Positions 60,879 to 64,000 of a stretch of DNA of 64,000 nt are shown piece by piece; the stretch's first letter is position 1; every line of letters begins with the position of its first letter. Source of the stretch: the human T2T-CHM13v2.0 reference genome, Homo sapiens. A model generated the notes under the pieces. It saw only the letters and a list, made by a program, of their open reading frames with translations, had not been told where the DNA came from and did not search any database. Location: NCBI RefSeq assembly GCF_009914755.1, contig NC_060925.1; one strand, 5' to 3'. Both the position numbers and the translations under genes were made by a program.

Positions 60879-63208
60879 AACCACAGAAATTCATAGTTCA
60901 AAAGGACTTTTAGGAGATCACTTACATTTGGGAGCAGTGGTGCACAGAGGGTTAAGTGTTTTGCCAACAGTCACACAGTAAAAACAACCAAAAGAATTTA
61001 TGTACATAAAGTGCTGTAGCACACAGTCAGTACTTGATAATTATTTCCCACCGGTATTATCATTCCATCATCCAGGAAGTCCAGCCATTGCTTTAAGTGG
61101 TATTTCTCTGGAAGGTAGAAACTCTACCTACTCACATCAAGGACAAGGCCACATGGTTTCCTTCAGTGTCCCCCACAGGATGACCATGGAATGAAATCAA
61201 GATTCTTGTCCACAAGCCCAGCAGTGCTTGCTGCTCGTGTTGTGGAAGCCCACTGCTTGACAGGCTGAATGCTCCCATTTTCCACATGTACAGTAAAAAC
61301 ACCGAGTGGTGTTTTTACTAGAAATGGAAAGGAAGAAGGCTGCCTAGCTCACAAGCCTTCTAGCAAAACAGTCAGTCAAACCAAAGTTGGGCAGGGGGTA
61401 GGTAAGTAAATATTCTGTATTCTCACCTCAGACCAGAGATGGGCTTGAAACTGATTGTAACATGTCTACTCCAAAGAGGTCAAGGGGTGAGGGAAACTCA
61501 TGTCCAGCATGCTCTCGCATGGACATGGCAAATACAGGATGAAGACAGACAGTGGCTGAGACCACTCCACGTCCCTTGACCCCCAGCACAGATGCCTTCC
61601 TCTCCTGCTCCACTTCATCTCATCTCTCAAGTAACTACCCCCCTCCCTTCTCCCCACAAGATCACTGAAGGCTAATCTAGAACTCTTACTTCTAAGCATT
61701 AATTCACTCAATATTTTAAAAGTATCCTAAAGAACTGGTCCTTGCCCTGAAGGAGTCGATGATCCAGCAGGAGCATAAAGGCACAGATGACTCATCTTCC
61801 ACCTCTACACAATAAATGTCATGTGGAAAGTAGACTCATGATCCCCTAGGCATATTCCTTAGGACAACAGTTTCAAGAGATACACTGCCTAAAGAAAGGG
61901 TGCCAGGGCCAAATGATCTAATAATTCTGGAAAATGCTGTTACCACCCCCCGCTTTGTAAAGACTGACAGTACAAATTAATGTACTAAAGGCATTAACAT
62001 GTATTGCAGTGAAAAGCCTTATTAGTGCTGATCAACTCAATCATTCTCAAGCATGTTTGACTACCTAAATTTATCAACATTTCATGGAGACAATATTCCA
62101 TTGAATGTCATTTGCTGGATTCTAATTGGGGTGATTGGGAATAGGTGTTAAAGAAGATGCTGCATTTTGACTGGGCCCAAAAGATGAGTAGAGTTTCATT
62201 AGTCCCAGATGGAGGCAGAATGTGCAATCCACTCATGCAACACACACTCACTGAGTACTTCCTAAAGGTGAGGCCAACCCTTGGCTCTGGGGGGCTGCTA
62301 CCCTGGTTTCCACTGCAAGGCAGAGTGAAAGGCACTAGAGCACTGATTTGAGAAAGGGCTTCCTATGTTTGGGGAATAGCAAATGCATGGCTAGAGTAAA
62401 GCAGGTGTAAAAAGAGACAGAATGAGGAATAAGGCTGAACCAAACAGAAAAAGCATCTATTAGATCAGTTGTTTATCAGGCCACCTGTTACCTGTTAACA
62501 GCACTGGCCTAGACAGTGTTAATCATTTCTGTCTGCTGTGGCTAGTGAAGAAACCCTGAGCAAGATCTTCCCTTCTCTAGGCCTCAGTTTCTTTATCTAT
62601 AAAATGACTGGATTCTCTAAGGCTACTTGCAGCATCCATGTCTCAGTGTTCTGTGATTATAAGATATACAAAGGCAGCAGCACATACCAGCACTAAAGGA
62701 CAGGAAGATTCTGGGGACAGGAGAATAGCTATTGGTTTAGACATACATCGAAAAATCACCTTGAAGAAAAATGAGCAGAAGAAAAATGAAGCCTATTCCA
62801 TCTTCAGCTCTCAGGGCCCAGACTCCCTCCACCTGATATCTTAGGATTCTGCTTCTCAAATGGGAAGAATAAACGTGGCATAGTTTCCAACAGTCAATTG
62901 TGCTCAAAAATGTAAAGAAGAAAATTTGACTCTTGTTCTAAAATCAAGACATATTTTAGACTTAGCATGCAATATTCTCAATGTATTTTAGAGATTTAAA
63001 AATGAGGACTTAAAGAAAGATCTGGCTTGTGTGGGCTTTTTGTCTTATGGGTGAGTCCCCTGGGTGCTCATTCACCGTCTCCCAGTGTGAGGAGTATACT
63101 TGGAGGGAAAGTTTCACTGGGCATCTCAGAGCTTTAGCCATTTAAATCTTGTAAAGACAGAAGCCTATTTATCCTGACTTAAGCTGTTCTAAAGAGACAG
63201 AAACTCAC

Positions 63209-63362
63209 CATTGGACTGGTCTTCTCCATAGTTTTTATGGGATGGTGCATACAAGAACATCAGAGCAAAGACATACAGATTCCACATCCCATAGATGCCT
63301 GTGAAAAAGGCACTGTTCACTTGGACTGTGATGCCGCCCCATTTCCAATGGCCTTCCGTTAC
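63209..63362 (-). CDS. WLS: WLS penultimate coding exon (last transmembrane helix), [51 protein letters not shown](G)
   Basis: Acceptor TTCTCCGCAG|GTA and donor AATG|GTGAGT; 154 nt (51 codons + 1); contains the Wntless signature [19 protein letters not shown]. Confidence 0.98.
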
Positions 63363-64000
63363 CTGCGGAGAAAGGATGGTGATATTCAATTGAAACAGAG
63401 AAGAAACAGAAGAAACATAACACCAATAAAGGAACCAACCAACATGAAAACCAAGTCTCTTCTACATGTGGGAAACGTGAAGGGCCATGTAAGACTCCAT
63501 CTTTTAATCTGAATCATTTCGGTGTAAATTAAGGTCAACTGAAGGTTCTCTAGCTTTCTGTCAGGCACAGTCAGTGGTCCTTACCTTGCCCACAGATTAG
63601 TATCACCTGGGGAGTGTCTCTTCCTAAAAACAGCAATTCATTGCTATCCCTAAGTTAAACAAACTGTGTTTGAGCCCATCACTTATTCACAATTATAATT
63701 CCTCCTCTGCTGTCTGTCTTCCCAGCTAGATGTCAATTCCCTGCAGGCAGAGACCAGTTCTCTGCTGCCATGTCTTTAAGGCCTGATGCACCATAGATTA
63801 ATTCAAATCCAGTGTCTACCACTCACTCGGCTTAATGTAGGACAAGATGAAGACTCCAGACTTCAGAACTTCAGTGTCCGTAAGTGTAACATAAAAGCTT
63901 GCAGGTTATCGAAGAGAATTAAGTAAAAATATTTCTAGAACCTGCCTGGCAGGTACTCAGTAAATATTAGTTATTTCTATAACATCCCTTGAAGTAAGCC

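Noticed and set aside
63237-63512. 91-aa + strand ORF overlapping the WLS exon
   Set aside because: Antisense to a real coding exon with no recognisable product. It might lie in lncRNA, but boundaries cannot be supported from sequence.

Overview
Primate (human-like) genomic DNA containing the 3' end of WLS (Wntless/GPR177) on the minus strand. Three coding exons can be read directly: the penultimate exon (63209-63362), the canonical last exon (CDS 51650-51759, ending KEAQE*, AATAAA at 50836-50841), and an alternative last exon about 27.5 kb further downstream (CDS 24107-24228, ending AASGI*, AATAAA at 23964-23969). The alternative exon lies wholly inside a hAT-Charlie (MER20B-like) DNA-transposon fossil. 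The rest is intronic or intergenic and repeat-dense: a near full-length L1PA5/6, older L1s, seven Alus plus a FLAM, MaLR/ERV1/ERVL LTRs, MIR/L2, MER2/MER5A/MER82, and microsatellites. From recall, the + strand lncRNA GNG12-AS1 overlaps this region; one candidate exon is visible. I see no evidence for a wholly new gene system. The best lead is the transposon-built C-terminal switch of WLS, which replaces the ER-retrieval tail with one carrying YxxPhi and PDZ-like motifs. Two local duplications and a strong CTCF motif between the two last exons are also notable. Repeat subfamily names are from recalled consensus sequences, not a RepeatMasker run.
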